Shown one piece after another: positions 19,458-28,172 of a DNA stretch of 64,000 nt. A program made the translations under genes and the position numbers. The first letter of the stretch is position 1. Each line of letters opens with the position of its first letter. Origin of the DNA: Ruminococcaceae bacterium OttesenSCG-928-O06. GTDB lineage: Bacteria > Bacillota > Clostridia > Oscillospirales > Ruminococcaceae. The notes under the pieces are model-generated. The model ran no database searches and was not told the origin of the DNA. It saw nothing but the letters and a program-made list of their open reading frames with translations. The stretch is from contig JAJDGD010000002.1 of assembly GCA_030265505.1 (NCBI GenBank), positions 2,155 to 66,154 of the forward strand, given 5' to 3'.

Positions 19458-20495
19458 TTATTCCTCATCGTCGCAATCATCACGTTGCGGCGGCGTTGCA
19501 GTAAAATGGGCCAAAGGGGAAGCATCGGCGGCCTGTTTCAGATGCACCGATTCCAAGTGGGTGTAGATTTCTGTAGTGGAAACATCTGCATGGCCTAGAA
19601 TCTCTTTCAAGGAAAGTAAATCGACGTTCCCATGCTGATAAAGTAAGGTGGCAGCGGTATGCCGCAGCTTGTGCACAGAATACCCCTTGTTGCCAAGCCC
19701 GGCCGACTGTAGCGCGCCCTCTACAATTTGCTGTACCCTGCGGGGGGAGAGGCGGCCCCCGGTACGCTTGGAAATGAACAAAGCAGTGTCTTTTTTATTT
19801 GGCAATGCTTCGTTTGCCAGCAACAATTGCTCCACGGCTTTCTGGCAGGCATCATTTAAATAGATGAACCGTTCTTTATTGCCTTTGCCAACCACGCGAA
19901 TGGTATCGTCTTTTATATCCGCCACGTTGATACCAACAAGCTCGGTAAGGCGCATGCCACAGTTTAAAAGTAACGTGATGATGCAGAAATCTCGTTCCGG
20001 AAAATCGCTTTGTATATTATTTAACAACTCGATGCTTTCTTCCAAAGACAAATATTTCGGCAGGCGTTTTTTACGCTGTGGCATCTCAACGTCGTCTACA
20101 GGGTTTTGCTCCAGCTTGCCGGTTTTGCTGGTAAGATAGCGAAAAAAACCTCTTAGGCTGGAGAGCTTGCGCGCACGCGTATTGGCAGAATTGCTGCGCT
20201 CCTGCGTAACATAAAACAGGTAATCGTACACCTCGGCCTTGTTGATTTGCGCAATGAAGGACAGATCGACCTGGCGGATATCAATGTCTGTCAGATCGGT
20301 GTCTGCGGGAACCATGCCACGGTGCAGAACCAGGAACTTGAAAAAATTGCGCAGGTCGATATAATAGCCGTTCACGGTGCGTGGCGAAAGGCCGCGTATG
20401 GTAAGGGAATACTGCAAATATTCAACAAGCAAGGCGGGGCAGTCTTGAAAACCGCCGCCTTGGTTTGGCTTCATTGGGTTCAAGTAAGTGCTCAT
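19458..20495 (-). CDS. Tyrosine-type site-specific recombinase (XerC/XerD/integrase family)
   Basis: 345 aa. It has an N-terminal SAM-like core-binding domain and a complete catalytic set (GMRLTEL Arg, GKGNKER Lys, HKLRHTAAT His-x-x-Arg, GHADVSTTEIYTHL His/Tyr). It is visibly lower in GC than its neighbours. Confidence 0.85.
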   Translation of the reverse strand: MSTYLNPMKPNQGGGFQDCPALLVEYLQYSLTIRGLSPRTVNGYYIDLRNFFKFLVLHRGMVPADTDLTDIDIRQVDLSFIAQINKAEVYDYLFYVTQERSNSANTRARKLSSLRGFFRYLTSKTGKLEQNPVDDVEMPQRKKRLPKYLSLEESIELLNNIQSDFPERDFCIITLLLNCGMRLTELVGINVADIKDDTIRVVGKGNKERFIYLNDACQKAVEQLLLANEALPNKKDTALFISKRTGGRLSPRRVQQIVEGALQSAGLGNKGYSVHKLRHTAATLLYQHGNVDLLSLKEILGHADVSTTEIYTHLESVHLKQAADASPLAHFTATPPQRDDCDDEE

Positions 20496-20534
20496 ACGGC
20501 TTTGTTCACCTCTGTTGAATAAGAAAACGATCCC

Positions 20535-20568
20535 CCCATTTCGCTAAATTCCTATTTAGCGAAATGGG
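20535..20568 (-). terminator. Hairpin downstream of radA (probable terminator)
   Basis: A perfect 14-15 bp stem, (C)CCATTTCGCTAAAT-TCCT-ATTTAGCGAAATGG(G). On the minus strand it is followed by only a weak T-tract (GGGGATCGTTTTC). Confidence 0.45.
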
Positions 20569-20662
20569 ACTTCCGAAAAAGAACTACTTGATACTCCATG
20601 GCCCGGCATCAAGTGCCGTCCTCCCTGATAGATGGCTGCAGGAAAAAGACTTGCGCCACTCC

Positions 20663-22051
20663 TCACCCGCTGATAAGTGCAACGGCTTCTTTTAAGTACC
20701 GCACGCCAATCAGTTCGATGTCGGGATAATCTGCCATATTCAAACTGCGCAAATTGTGTTGCGGCACAATGGCCTGCGTGAAGCCAACGCGCTGTGCTTC
20801 CTTTAGGCGGACGTCCAGGCTGGTTGCGCTGCGCACCTCTCCTCCAAGGCCCACCTCGCCAATTGCGATAAGTGAATCCGCCACGGGAATATCCAGCAGG
20901 CTGGAAACCAGCGCAAGGCACAGGGGCAAATCGCAGGTGGTTTCGTCCAGTTCCAGGCCGCCCACCACGTTCACATACACGTCCAGCGCGCCCCAGGCAA
21001 ACCCCACGCGCTTTTCCAGCACGGCCAAAAGCAAGTTGATGCGTGCGATGTCGATGCCTTGCGCGGCACGGCGTGGATTGCCAAACCCCGTTTTGGTGGC
21101 AAGCGCCTGAATGTCTGCCATGATGGGCCGGCTTCCTTCTATAATGCAGCCCACGCAGTTGCCGCTCACCCCTATCGGGCGTCCCTCCAGCAACATCTCT
21201 GAGGGATTTTCTATTGCAACAAGGCCCTCGGAGGTCATGTCGAACATTCCTATTTCATTGGTGGAACCATAACGGTTTTTTGCCGCGCGCAATATCCGGT
21301 ACGGCAGGGTACGGTCGCCTTCAATATAAAGCACCGTGTCCACAATGTGCTCCATCACCTTGGGCCCGGCAATGGCGCCATCCTTGTTTACATGGCCCAC
21401 AATGCAGATGGGGATCTCCAACGTTTTGGCAACGCCCAAAAGGCGTGTGGCGCACTCCTTCACCTGGGAAACGCTGCCCGGCGCGCTGGAAAGTGCGGGG
21501 GTGTACATGGTTTGGATAGAGTCGATAACAACGAAGCCGGGCCTGTCCTGTTCTATTAGGGCGCAAATCTCGTCGATATTGCTCTCTGCCCCAACGTTGA
21601 TGCCCGCCTCGTGGATGCCAAGCCGTGCAGAGCGCAGCTTGATTTGCCGGCAGCTCTCCTCGCCGGAGATATACAAAATCTGCCGCCCCTGTGCGATGGC
21701 ACCGCAAAGCTGCAACAGCATGGTGGATTTTCCGGCCCCGGGCTCTCCCCCCAGCAGCACCACACTACCCAGCACAATGCCGCCGCCCAACACACGGTCC
21801 AGCTCATGCATGCCCGTAACAATACGGCTTTGCTGTTCACTTGTGCTGATTTCTTCTAAGGGGCTTGCCACCGCGCGGGAGGGCGCACGCTGTGCTGTGC
21901 TGTGCCCAAGGCCTGCGGCGGGCGGTTTTACTGCCACCACATCCTCCACCAGGGTGTTCCACTCCCCGCAAGAGGGACAACGCCCCAACCAACGAGGGGT
22001 CTCCTCCCCGCAGTTGGTGCAAACATAAATGGTTTTCAGTTTCTCCTTCAA
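20663..22051 (-). CDS. radA: DNA repair protein RadA/Sms
   Basis: It has the zinc ribbon CTNCGEETPRWLGRCPSCGEWNT, a Walker A (GGEPGAGKST), KNRYG and a Lon-like C-terminal domain. I place the start at the TTG at 22051, which lies 10 nt after GGAGGAGG and gives 462 aa. The ORF-track ATG at 22114 has no ribosome-binding site and sits inside a promoter-like TTGACA-17-GACAAT. Confidence 0.9.
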   Translation of the reverse strand: MKEKLKTIYVCTNCGEETPRWLGRCPSCGEWNTLVEDVVAVKPPAAGLGHSTAQRAPSRAVASPLEEISTSEQQSRIVTGMHELDRVLGGGIVLGSVVLLGGEPGAGKSTMLLQLCGAIAQGRQILYISGEESCRQIKLRSARLGIHEAGINVGAESNIDEICALIEQDRPGFVVIDSIQTMYTPALSSAPGSVSQVKECATRLLGVAKTLEIPICIVGHVNKDGAIAGPKVMEHIVDTVLYIEGDRTLPYRILRAAKNRYGSTNEIGMFDMTSEGLVAIENPSEMLLEGRPIGVSGNCVGCIIEGSRPIMADIQALATKTGFGNPRRAAQGIDIARINLLLAVLEKRVGFAWGALDVYVNVVGGLELDETTCDLPLCLALVSSLLDIPVADSLIAIGEVGLGGEVRSATSLDVRLKEAQRVGFTQAIVPQHNLRSLNMADYPDIELIGVRYLKEAVALISG

Positions 22052-22155
22052 GCAGGGCACGCCTCCTCCCCGGCAAAATGTGGCTTTTATATCTCTTACC
22101 GTATTGTCCGTCATTTCATGCCGGATGTCAATGCGAACGCATCGTGCTTTGGGAA

Positions 22156-22186
22156 AGAAAAAACCGGAGCGATTGCTCCGGTTTTT
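22156..22186 (-). terminator. Intrinsic terminator after tRNA-Cys
   Basis: On the minus strand the hairpin CCGGAGC-AATC-GCTCCGG is followed by TTTTTTCTTT. Confidence 0.65.
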
Positions 22187-22204
22187 AACGCGCAGATGCG
22201 CTTT

Positions 22205-22279
22205 TGGAGGTGCCGGGCAGATTTGAACTGCCGAATACGGGTTTTGCAGACCCGGGCCTTACCACTTGGCGACGGCACC
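22205..22279 (-). tRNA. tRNA-Cys (GCA)
   Basis: The minus strand reads GGTGCCGTCGCCAAGTGGTAAGGCCCGGGTCTGCAAAACCCG...TTCAAATCTGCCCGGCACCTCCA. The 7-bp acceptor stem closes, the discriminator is U73, the anticodon loop is CTGCAAA, and CCA is encoded. Confidence 0.9.
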
Positions 22280-22447
22280 CTACCCCACCCGGCAAGGTGG
22301 GTGGCGGCAACAGGCCGCCGGCCCTTTGCAAAGGGGTTGTACATATGTCGTGACTGGAAAAAAGGCTGTCCAACCAGTACCTGATTTCCCACGACATGCA
22401 TTCCATCTGTCAAAAAACGCCATAACGTTTTTTGACGATTCATTGGA

Positions 22448-22523
22448 TGGAGCGGCCAACGAGGCTCGAACTCGCTACCTCCACCTTGGCAAGGTGGCGC
22501 TCTACCAGATGAGCTATGGCCGC
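22448..22523 (-). tRNA. tRNA-Gly (GCC), copy 2
   Basis: GCGGCCATAGCTCATCTGGTAGAGCGCCACCTTGCCAAGGTGGAGGTAGCGAGTTCGAGCCTCGTTGGCCGCTCCA. The cloverleaf closes, the anticodon loop is TTGCCAA, and CCA is encoded. Confidence 0.9.
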
Positions 22524-22546
22524 ACACGGCCCGCCGAAGCAGGCCC

Positions 22547-22622
<76 letters not shown>

Positions 22623-22666
22623 ATATGCAAAAAAATACGCATACAGACAAAAGAACAAGAAAAAAA

Positions 22667-22744
22667 TGGCGACCCGGATGGGGCTCGAACCCACGACCTC
22701 CAGCGTGACAGGCTGGCGTTCTAAACCAACTGAACTACCGGGCC
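22667..22744 (-). tRNA. tRNA-Asp (GTC)
   Basis: GGCCCGGTAGTTCAGTTGGTTTAGAACGCCAGCCTGTCACGCTGGAGGTCGTGGGTTCGAGCCCCATCCGGGTCGCCA. The anticodon loop is CTGTCAC. Confidence 0.9.
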
Positions 22745-22749
22745 GAATC

Positions 22750-22825
22750 TGGTGGGAACAACAGGGCTCGAACCTGTGACCCCTTGCTTGTAAGGCAAGT
22801 GCTCTCCCAGCTGAGCTATGCTCCC
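22750..22825 (-). tRNA. tRNA-Val (TAC)
   Basis: GGGAGCATAGCTCAGCTGGGAGAGCACTTGCCTTACAAGCAAGGGGTCACAGGTTCGAGCCCTGTTGTTCCCACCA. The anticodon loop is CTTACAA. Confidence 0.9.
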
Positions 22826-22844
22826 CTACCAATCAGACCATATT

Positions 22845-22874
22845 ATGATACCATGGCGCAAACCCCTGTGTCAA
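22845..22874 (-). promoter_or_regulatory. Candidate internal promoter in the tRNA operon (between Gly copy 1 and Val)
   Basis: On the minus strand: TTGACA (22874-22869), an 18-nt spacer, then TG-n-TATCAT (extended -10 at 22850-22845). Confidence 0.4.
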
Positions 22875-22915
22875 GGGGATTTGCGGCCCACACGGGGCCT
22901 TTCCCAATAAAGGGA

Positions 22916-22991
22916 TGGAGCGGCCAACGAGGCTCGAACTCGCTACCTCCACCTTGGCAAGGTGGCGCTCTACCAGATGAGCTATGGCCGC
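22916..22991 (-). tRNA. tRNA-Gly (GCC), copy 1
   Basis: The 76-nt sequence is identical to the copy at 22448-22523. Confidence 0.9.
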
Positions 22992-23036
22992 AAAACTTCG
23001 CCGCTCCAATATAGGTGCGGCGAATAATATTCTACA

Positions 23037-23065
23037 GGAACGCGCAGGGTTTGTCAAGAATGGGT
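23037..23065 (-). promoter_or_regulatory. Sigma-A promoter of the tRNA operon
   Basis: On the minus strand: TTGACA (23065-23060), a 17-nt spacer, then TAGAAT (23042-23037), about 45 nt upstream of the first tRNA-Gly. Confidence 0.6.
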
Positions 23066-23076
23066 TTTGCCTGCAT

Positions 23077-23958
23077 TTAACGCATATTGCTCGTTATTTC
23101 GCTTATATCAAACAGATAGGTGCGGTTGCAGAAATGGCACTCCACCCGGGCAGTGGGGTCCTCTGCCTGCATATCCTTCAGTTCCTCGCGCCCCAGGCTG
23201 GCCAAAATGTCGGCGGTCTTCTCCCGGCTGCAATAGCAGCAGTACTCCACCCGGCGCTCCTCCAACACCTTCGGCGCAAAGCCCTCCAGCACCTTGCAGG
23301 CCATGTCTGCAGGGGTATACCCTTCTGCCAAAAGCTGGGTTACAGGCGGCATCTTACGCACATTCTCTTCAATGCGGCGGATGGTCTCCTCGGGGGTGCC
23401 GGGCAGCAGCTGCAACAGGTAGCCGCCGGCCTTTTGAATAGTGAGGTCCGGGTTTACCAGCACGCCCAATGCGCACACGCTGGGGGTTTGCTCGCTTGTG
23501 GCGTAATAGGCGGTGATGTCTTCGCCGATCTCCCCGCTTACAAGGGGGATTTGCCCTATATACGGCTCTTTCATCCCCAAATCCTTCATTACAGTCAGCA
23601 CGCCGTTTCGGCCCACGGCACCACCTACGTCCAGCTTTCCGTCGGGCCGCAGGGGCAGTTCCACCACCGGGTGGGTGGCGTAGCCGCGCACGTTGCCCTC
23701 CCCGTCAGATACCGCCACAAGCACACCGGCCGGCCCGCCGCCATCCACACGCAGGGTAAGGCTGTCCCTCGGGTTCTTCAACTGACTACCCATCAGGCTG
23801 GCAGCCGTAAGCAGGCGCCCCAGCCCGGCCGAAACCACCGCACTGGTGGCATGCACCTGCTCCATCTCACGCACAATATCGGTGGAATCCACCGCGTAAA
23901 CGGCAATGGCGCCGTCGCTTGAAAGCATCCGTATCATGTTGTTATTTATCTCACTCAT
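23077..23958 (-). CDS. hslO: Hsp33 family redox-regulated chaperone
   Basis: 293 aa. The C-terminal zinc/redox switch cysteines are present (CCYCSREK ... CHFCNRTYLF) and the body is typical of Hsp33. Confidence 0.9.
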   Translation of the reverse strand: MSEINNNMIRMLSSDGAIAVYAVDSTDIVREMEQVHATSAVVSAGLGRLLTAASLMGSQLKNPRDSLTLRVDGGGPAGVLVAVSDGEGNVRGYATHPVVELPLRPDGKLDVGGAVGRNGVLTVMKDLGMKEPYIGQIPLVSGEIGEDITAYYATSEQTPSVCALGVLVNPDLTIQKAGGYLLQLLPGTPEETIRRIEENVRKMPPVTQLLAEGYTPADMACKVLEGFAPKVLEERRVEYCCYCSREKTADILASLGREELKDMQAEDPTARVECHFCNRTYLFDISEITSNMR

Positions 23959-23970
23959 ACTGTCCTCGTT

Positions 23971-24714
23971 TCATTTTTGCTTCACGGCGCAGAATAAGGC
24001 CCGCTGGCTGTTTGGCCGCAAGTCTCCAAAATTCTCGCCGTCCAGCAGCGCGGCAGTGGCAAAGCCATGCGTCTGCAGCTCTTTTTCTATTGCCGGCAAG
24101 GGGTGAATGTACTCCAAAAACTCCTCGGCAAACAGCGTTTCCTCTCCCCGCCGCAGCACAATTTCAATGCGCGTGGCGCTTTCATCCTCAAGCAGGGTGT
24201 TGTGCCACAGGCACACCTCTCTGGTTTCACCTGGCACCGCAATTTCAAACACCTCGTTTGCAAGAATGCTTTTGTGTTTGAATGGCGTATTTATGTCGAA
24301 TATCAGAACTCCGCCCGGCTCTAAAAACAAACTTGTCTTCTCGATGGCGCGGGACAAATCTGCCGGAGAGAGATGGTTGAACGTGTCGAACGTGGATACC
24401 GCGCCCCGGATGGTGCCGTAGAGGTCCAGGGCTTCCAGCCTTTGGCACAGCAGCAGTACACCAGGTATGTTGCGGCGGGCCAGTTTTTCCTGCACCATGC
24501 TCAGCATATCTGCCGAGGCATCCACGGCGATCATATCATATCCCGCCTGTGCCAGGCGCAGGGTCATCTCACCGGTGCCACAGCCAAGGTCGGCCACAAT
24601 ACCGTTCCCTATCCCCTGCCCTTTTAGCAGCGCACATACCTGGCTGGCCAACGCATCATAGTCTGCCTCGCCATTCAGCGCGTCGTACCAATAGGCAAAC
24701 TGATTATACGCCAT
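23971..24714 (-). CDS. Class I SAM-dependent methyltransferase
   Basis: The ATG at 24714 gives MAYNQFAYWYDALNGEADYD. SAM-binding motif I is present (VADLGCGTGEMT). The substrate cannot be inferred. Confidence 0.8.
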   Translation of the reverse strand: MAYNQFAYWYDALNGEADYDALASQVCALLKGQGIGNGIVADLGCGTGEMTLRLAQAGYDMIAVDASADMLSMVQEKLARRNIPGVLLLCQRLEALDLYGTIRGAVSTFDTFNHLSPADLSRAIEKTSLFLEPGGVLIFDINTPFKHKSILANEVFEIAVPGETREVCLWHNTLLEDESATRIEIVLRRGEETLFAEEFLEYIHPLPAIEKELQTHGFATAALLDGENFGDLRPNSQRALFCAVKQK

Positions 24715-25315
24715 CCGCCTCGTCCTCCACGGCAGCATTCGTCAAATAATCTCGCAATTTTTCTATCCCAATACCTTTTTCCGCACTAGTCAACAGGATG
24801 TCACCGCAATTGTATGGCTGTAAAACCGCAGTGAACTCCTCTTGGATCCTTGCGTGCTGAGAGGGCTTCACCTTGTCGGCCTTTGTCAATACTGCGATAT
24901 ACGGTAAATGGTAGTGACGCAGATATTCCAGCATGTGGATGTCGTCCTTGGAAGGGGCGTGTCGGCAATCCAATAATTGAAGCATCAGCGGGATGCGGCG
25001 ATTTTGCCCAAAATACCCGTTGATGAGTTCGTCCCAGCGTCGGCGTTCGGCCTGGGAGGTTTTTGCATAGCCGTAGCCGGGCAAGTCTACCAGGTAGCAC
25101 TCCCCTGCCGCATAAAAGTTGATAGTGGCGGTTTTACCGGGTGTACCGCTTACCCGTGCCAGCTTTTTGCGGTTGCACAGCTTGTTGATAAGTGAAGACT
25201 TCCCCACATTGGAACGGCCTGCAAAAACAAATTCCGGCATGCTACTGGCAGGCAATTGTGTCTTTATACCGTATGCCGCTACAAATTCCGCTTTTATAAA
25301 GTCAAGTACCTGCAC
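24704..25315 (-). CDS. engB: Ribosome biogenesis GTP-binding protein YsxC/EngB
   Basis: 203 aa, with G1 GRSNVGKSSLIN, G3 DLPGYG and G4 TKADK. It follows lon, as in many Firmicutes. Confidence 0.9.
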   Translation of the reverse strand: MQVLDFIKAEFVAAYGIKTQLPASSMPEFVFAGRSNVGKSSLINKLCNRKKLARVSGTPGKTATINFYAAGECYLVDLPGYGYAKTSQAERRRWDELINGYFGQNRRIPLMLQLLDCRHAPSKDDIHMLEYLRHYHLPYIAVLTKADKVKPSQHARIQEEFTAVLQPYNCGDILLTSAEKGIGIEKLRDYLTNAAVEDEADGV

Positions 25316-25397
25316 ACCATACCTCCTTGGCTTCTCACAAGAACCGCCATATGCATCAATTGCAAATGGCGGTTCTTCATTCTGTCATATCATTCAG

Positions 25398-27854
25398 TTA
25401 CTGCGCAATTTCTTTGCTTGTAGGTGATGGCGCAGGTTCTGCCAGCGGGGTGGGAACGGCTTCTTTGGTCTGTTTGGGTTTGCGCGCTGGCTTTGGTTTT
25501 TCGGTGGGCAGCAGGGAGACCTTGAACGCTTCGTGTAAATCCTCCACAGGGATGAACACCACGTTCTTCTTCACCTCGTCGTCCACCTCGTGCAGGTCCG
25601 ACACATTTTCCTTGGGAATCAGCACGGTTTTGATGCCTTCGCGGTAGGCGGCCATGCTTTTTTCTTTCAGGCCGCCAATGGGCAACACGTTCCCGTGCAG
25701 GGTTATTTCGCCTGTCATGGCCACATCACTACGCACCGGTCGGTCGCTCAGCTTGGAAATGAGGGCTGTTGCCAGGGTGATGCCGGCCGAGGGGCCGTCC
25801 TTCGGAATGGCGCCCTCCGGGGCGTGAATGTGGATGTCGGCATTTTTGAAAATCGTCGCATCAAAGCCAAACTCTGCCGCGCGGCTGCGCGCATAGGTGA
25901 TGGCCAGGCGGGCGCTTTCCTTCATTACATCGCCCAAAGAACCGGTCAACTCCAGCTTGCCGCTGCCGTTTTCTACAATCTGCACCTCAATGGGCAAAAT
26001 CTCGCCGCCCACGCTGGTCCACGCAAGGCCGTTGGCAATGCCCACGGCATTGGCCTTGTTGTAGAAACTGGGCTTGTTGCGCTTGGGCCCCAACAGTTTT
26101 TCCACGCTCAGGGCACTCACGGTAATTTTGTCCTTGTCCCCGGCGGCAATGGTTTTGGCGCACTTGCGCAGCACCTCGCCAATGGCACGCTCCAGGTTGC
26201 GCACCCCGGCCTCGCGGGTGTAGCAGTCTATTAAGGTATACAGCGCCGCATCAGTAATTTTCACCTTGCCCTTCAAGCCGTTCTTCACCAGTTGTTTGGG
26301 CAGCAGGTGTTTTTTGGCAATGTTGAATTTTTCCACGCGGGTGTAGCTGGAGAGCTCTATCACATCCATACGGTCAAGCAGGGGGCGTGGGATGGTACCC
26401 AAATCGTTGGCGGTGGTGATAAACATCACATCGCTCAAATCAAAGGGAATATCCAAGTAATGGTCTTTAAAAGCCTTGTTCTGTTCGGGGTCCAGCGCCT
26501 CCAGCAGGGCCGCCGCAGGGTCTCCGCGGAAGTCGCTTGCCAGCTTGTCTATCTCGTCCAGCAACAGCAGCGGATTGCGGCTTTTGGCGCTGGAGATGGC
26601 GCTGATGATCTTGCCGGGCATGGCGCCAATGTAGGTACGGCGGTGGCCGCGTATCTCGGCTTCATCCCGCACGCCGCCCAGGCTCATCCGGGCATACTTG
26701 CGGCCCAAGGTTTCGGCTATGCTGTTGGCAATCGAGGTTTTGCCCACGCCCGGCGGGCCCACCAGGCAAATAATCTGGCTTTTCACGTCCGGCGCCAGTT
26801 TGCGTACACTCAGCACTTCTAAAATGCGCTCTTTCACACGGGTCATGCCGTAGTGGTCACGGTTCAGCTGGGCCTCAGCCTTCTTGATATCGAGATTGTC
26901 CACCGTTTCGGTGTTCCAGGGCAATTCCACACAGGTGTCAAGATATGTGCGTATCACCGCGGCTTCCTGGCTGCTTCCCTGCATGCGAGAGAGGCGGTCT
27001 GCCTCCTTCAGCAGTTTTTCCTCCGCTTCCTCTTCCAGCTTCAAGGCCTTAATTTTGTCTTTGTACTTCTCGGCCTCGCTGTGGGGGTCCTCGTTTTCAT
27101 CCAGCTCGCCCGCAATGGCACGCATTTGCTCGCGCAGGTAATAGTCCCGCTGGTTTTTGTCCATTTGCTCGGAAACCTTTTCCTGGATGTCCTTTTCAAT
27201 GGAGAGGATCTTGTTCTCCTTTTGCACCAGGGCCAAAATCTTCTCCAGCCGCTCCATCAGGGCAGAGGTGGACAGCACATCCTGCTTGTCTGTATATTTG
27301 AACATCAGGTTGGCGGGGATGAACTCTGACAAAAACAGCGCGTTGTCGCTGGTTAAAATGGTGTACACCACGTCTTTGGGCAGGCGTGGGTTCATGGTGA
27401 GGTACTTTTCGAAGCTCTCTTTGATGCTGCGCAACATTGCCTCGGCGCGGGGGGCATCCTTGCTGCTAACGGGGCGTACCGGTGCGCTTTTGGTGCCGGC
27501 CAGCAAAAACTTGCCGCTGGTCTCCAGGGTGATCAGCTTCGCGCGGTAGCGCCCTTCCACAATCACCTTCACCAAATCGTCGGACACACGCAGAAGCTGT
27601 TTCACCTCTGCCACCACGCCATAGCTGTACAAGTCCTCTATGCCGGGGTTGTCCACGTCCATATCCTTTTGGGTAATCAAGAACACACTGTTGCCGTTAG
27701 TCATTGCCCATTCAATCGCGGCAATACTTTTCGCGCGCCCCACCTCAAAATGTATCACATTGCTGGGAAACACAACCAAGCCGCGCAGCGCAATAGCCGG
27801 CAGGCGCACAATGTCTGTTCCCGATCGTAATTTCACTTTTACTTTTTCTGCCAT
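25398..27854 (-). CDS. lon: ATP-dependent Lon protease (endopeptidase La)
   Basis: The ATG at 27854 follows AGGAGG. It has a LON N-domain, an AAA+ Walker A (GPPGVGKTS) and the protease site [10 protein letters not shown]. There is a Pro/Lys-rich C-terminal tail. Confidence 0.95.
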   Translation of the reverse strand: MAEKVKVKLRSGTDIVRLPAIALRGLVVFPSNVIHFEVGRAKSIAAIEWAMTNGNSVFLITQKDMDVDNPGIEDLYSYGVVAEVKQLLRVSDDLVKVIVEGRYRAKLITLETSGKFLLAGTKSAPVRPVSSKDAPRAEAMLRSIKESFEKYLTMNPRLPKDVVYTILTSDNALFLSEFIPANLMFKYTDKQDVLSTSALMERLEKILALVQKENKILSIEKDIQEKVSEQMDKNQRDYYLREQMRAIAGELDENEDPHSEAEKYKDKIKALKLEEEAEEKLLKEADRLSRMQGSSQEAAVIRTYLDTCVELPWNTETVDNLDIKKAEAQLNRDHYGMTRVKERILEVLSVRKLAPDVKSQIICLVGPPGVGKTSIANSIAETLGRKYARMSLGGVRDEAEIRGHRRTYIGAMPGKIISAISSAKSRNPLLLLDEIDKLASDFRGDPAAALLEALDPEQNKAFKDHYLDIPFDLSDVMFITTANDLGTIPRPLLDRMDVIELSSYTRVEKFNIAKKHLLPKQLVKNGLKGKVKITDAALYTLIDCYTREAGVRNLERAIGEVLRKCAKTIAAGDKDKITVSALSVEKLLGPKRNKPSFYNKANAVGIANGLAWTSVGGEILPIEVQIVENGSGKLELTGSLGDVMKESARLAITYARSRAAEFGFDATIFKNADIHIHAPEGAIPKDGPSAGITLATALISKLSDRPVRSDVAMTGEITLHGNVLPIGGLKEKSMAAYREGIKTVLIPKENVSDLHEVDDEVKKNVVFIPVEDLHEAFKVSLLPTEKPKPARKPKQTKEAVPTPLAEPAPSPTSKEIAQ

Positions 27855-28172
27855 GCAGGGGTCCTCCTGTCTGTTGCGGGCAAAATGAGACACTCGCAAA
27901 TCATTCGGCATTGTTGGTTTAGCAGACTTTGTGAAAAACCCATCGCATGCTAAAATATGTGCCGATTTAACGTAATATTGGCGGAGGGTTGTGTTCGTGT
28001 TTTGATTAGCGCTCGATGCAACCCACTGCCAAATTAGGGTTATTGTACACTAGAAATGTGTATAAATCAAGAAAACAGCACATCTTTTACCGGGCGGAAA
28101 AGCAGCCACAACGGCCCCTTTGGCCACAGGGGCAAAATACAGGCAGGAGACTGGTATCCCCTGCCTGTCGTC

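Noticed and set aside
27995-28032. A possible CIRCE (HrcA) operator upstream of lon: TTAGCGCTC-N9-CACTGCCAA.
   Set aside because: The left arm matches TTAGCACTC at 8 of 9 positions. The right arm matches GAGTGCTAA at only about 6 of 9 and is not the reverse complement of the left arm, so this is not a credible CIRCE. I saw no CtsR box (GGTCAAA repeat) either.
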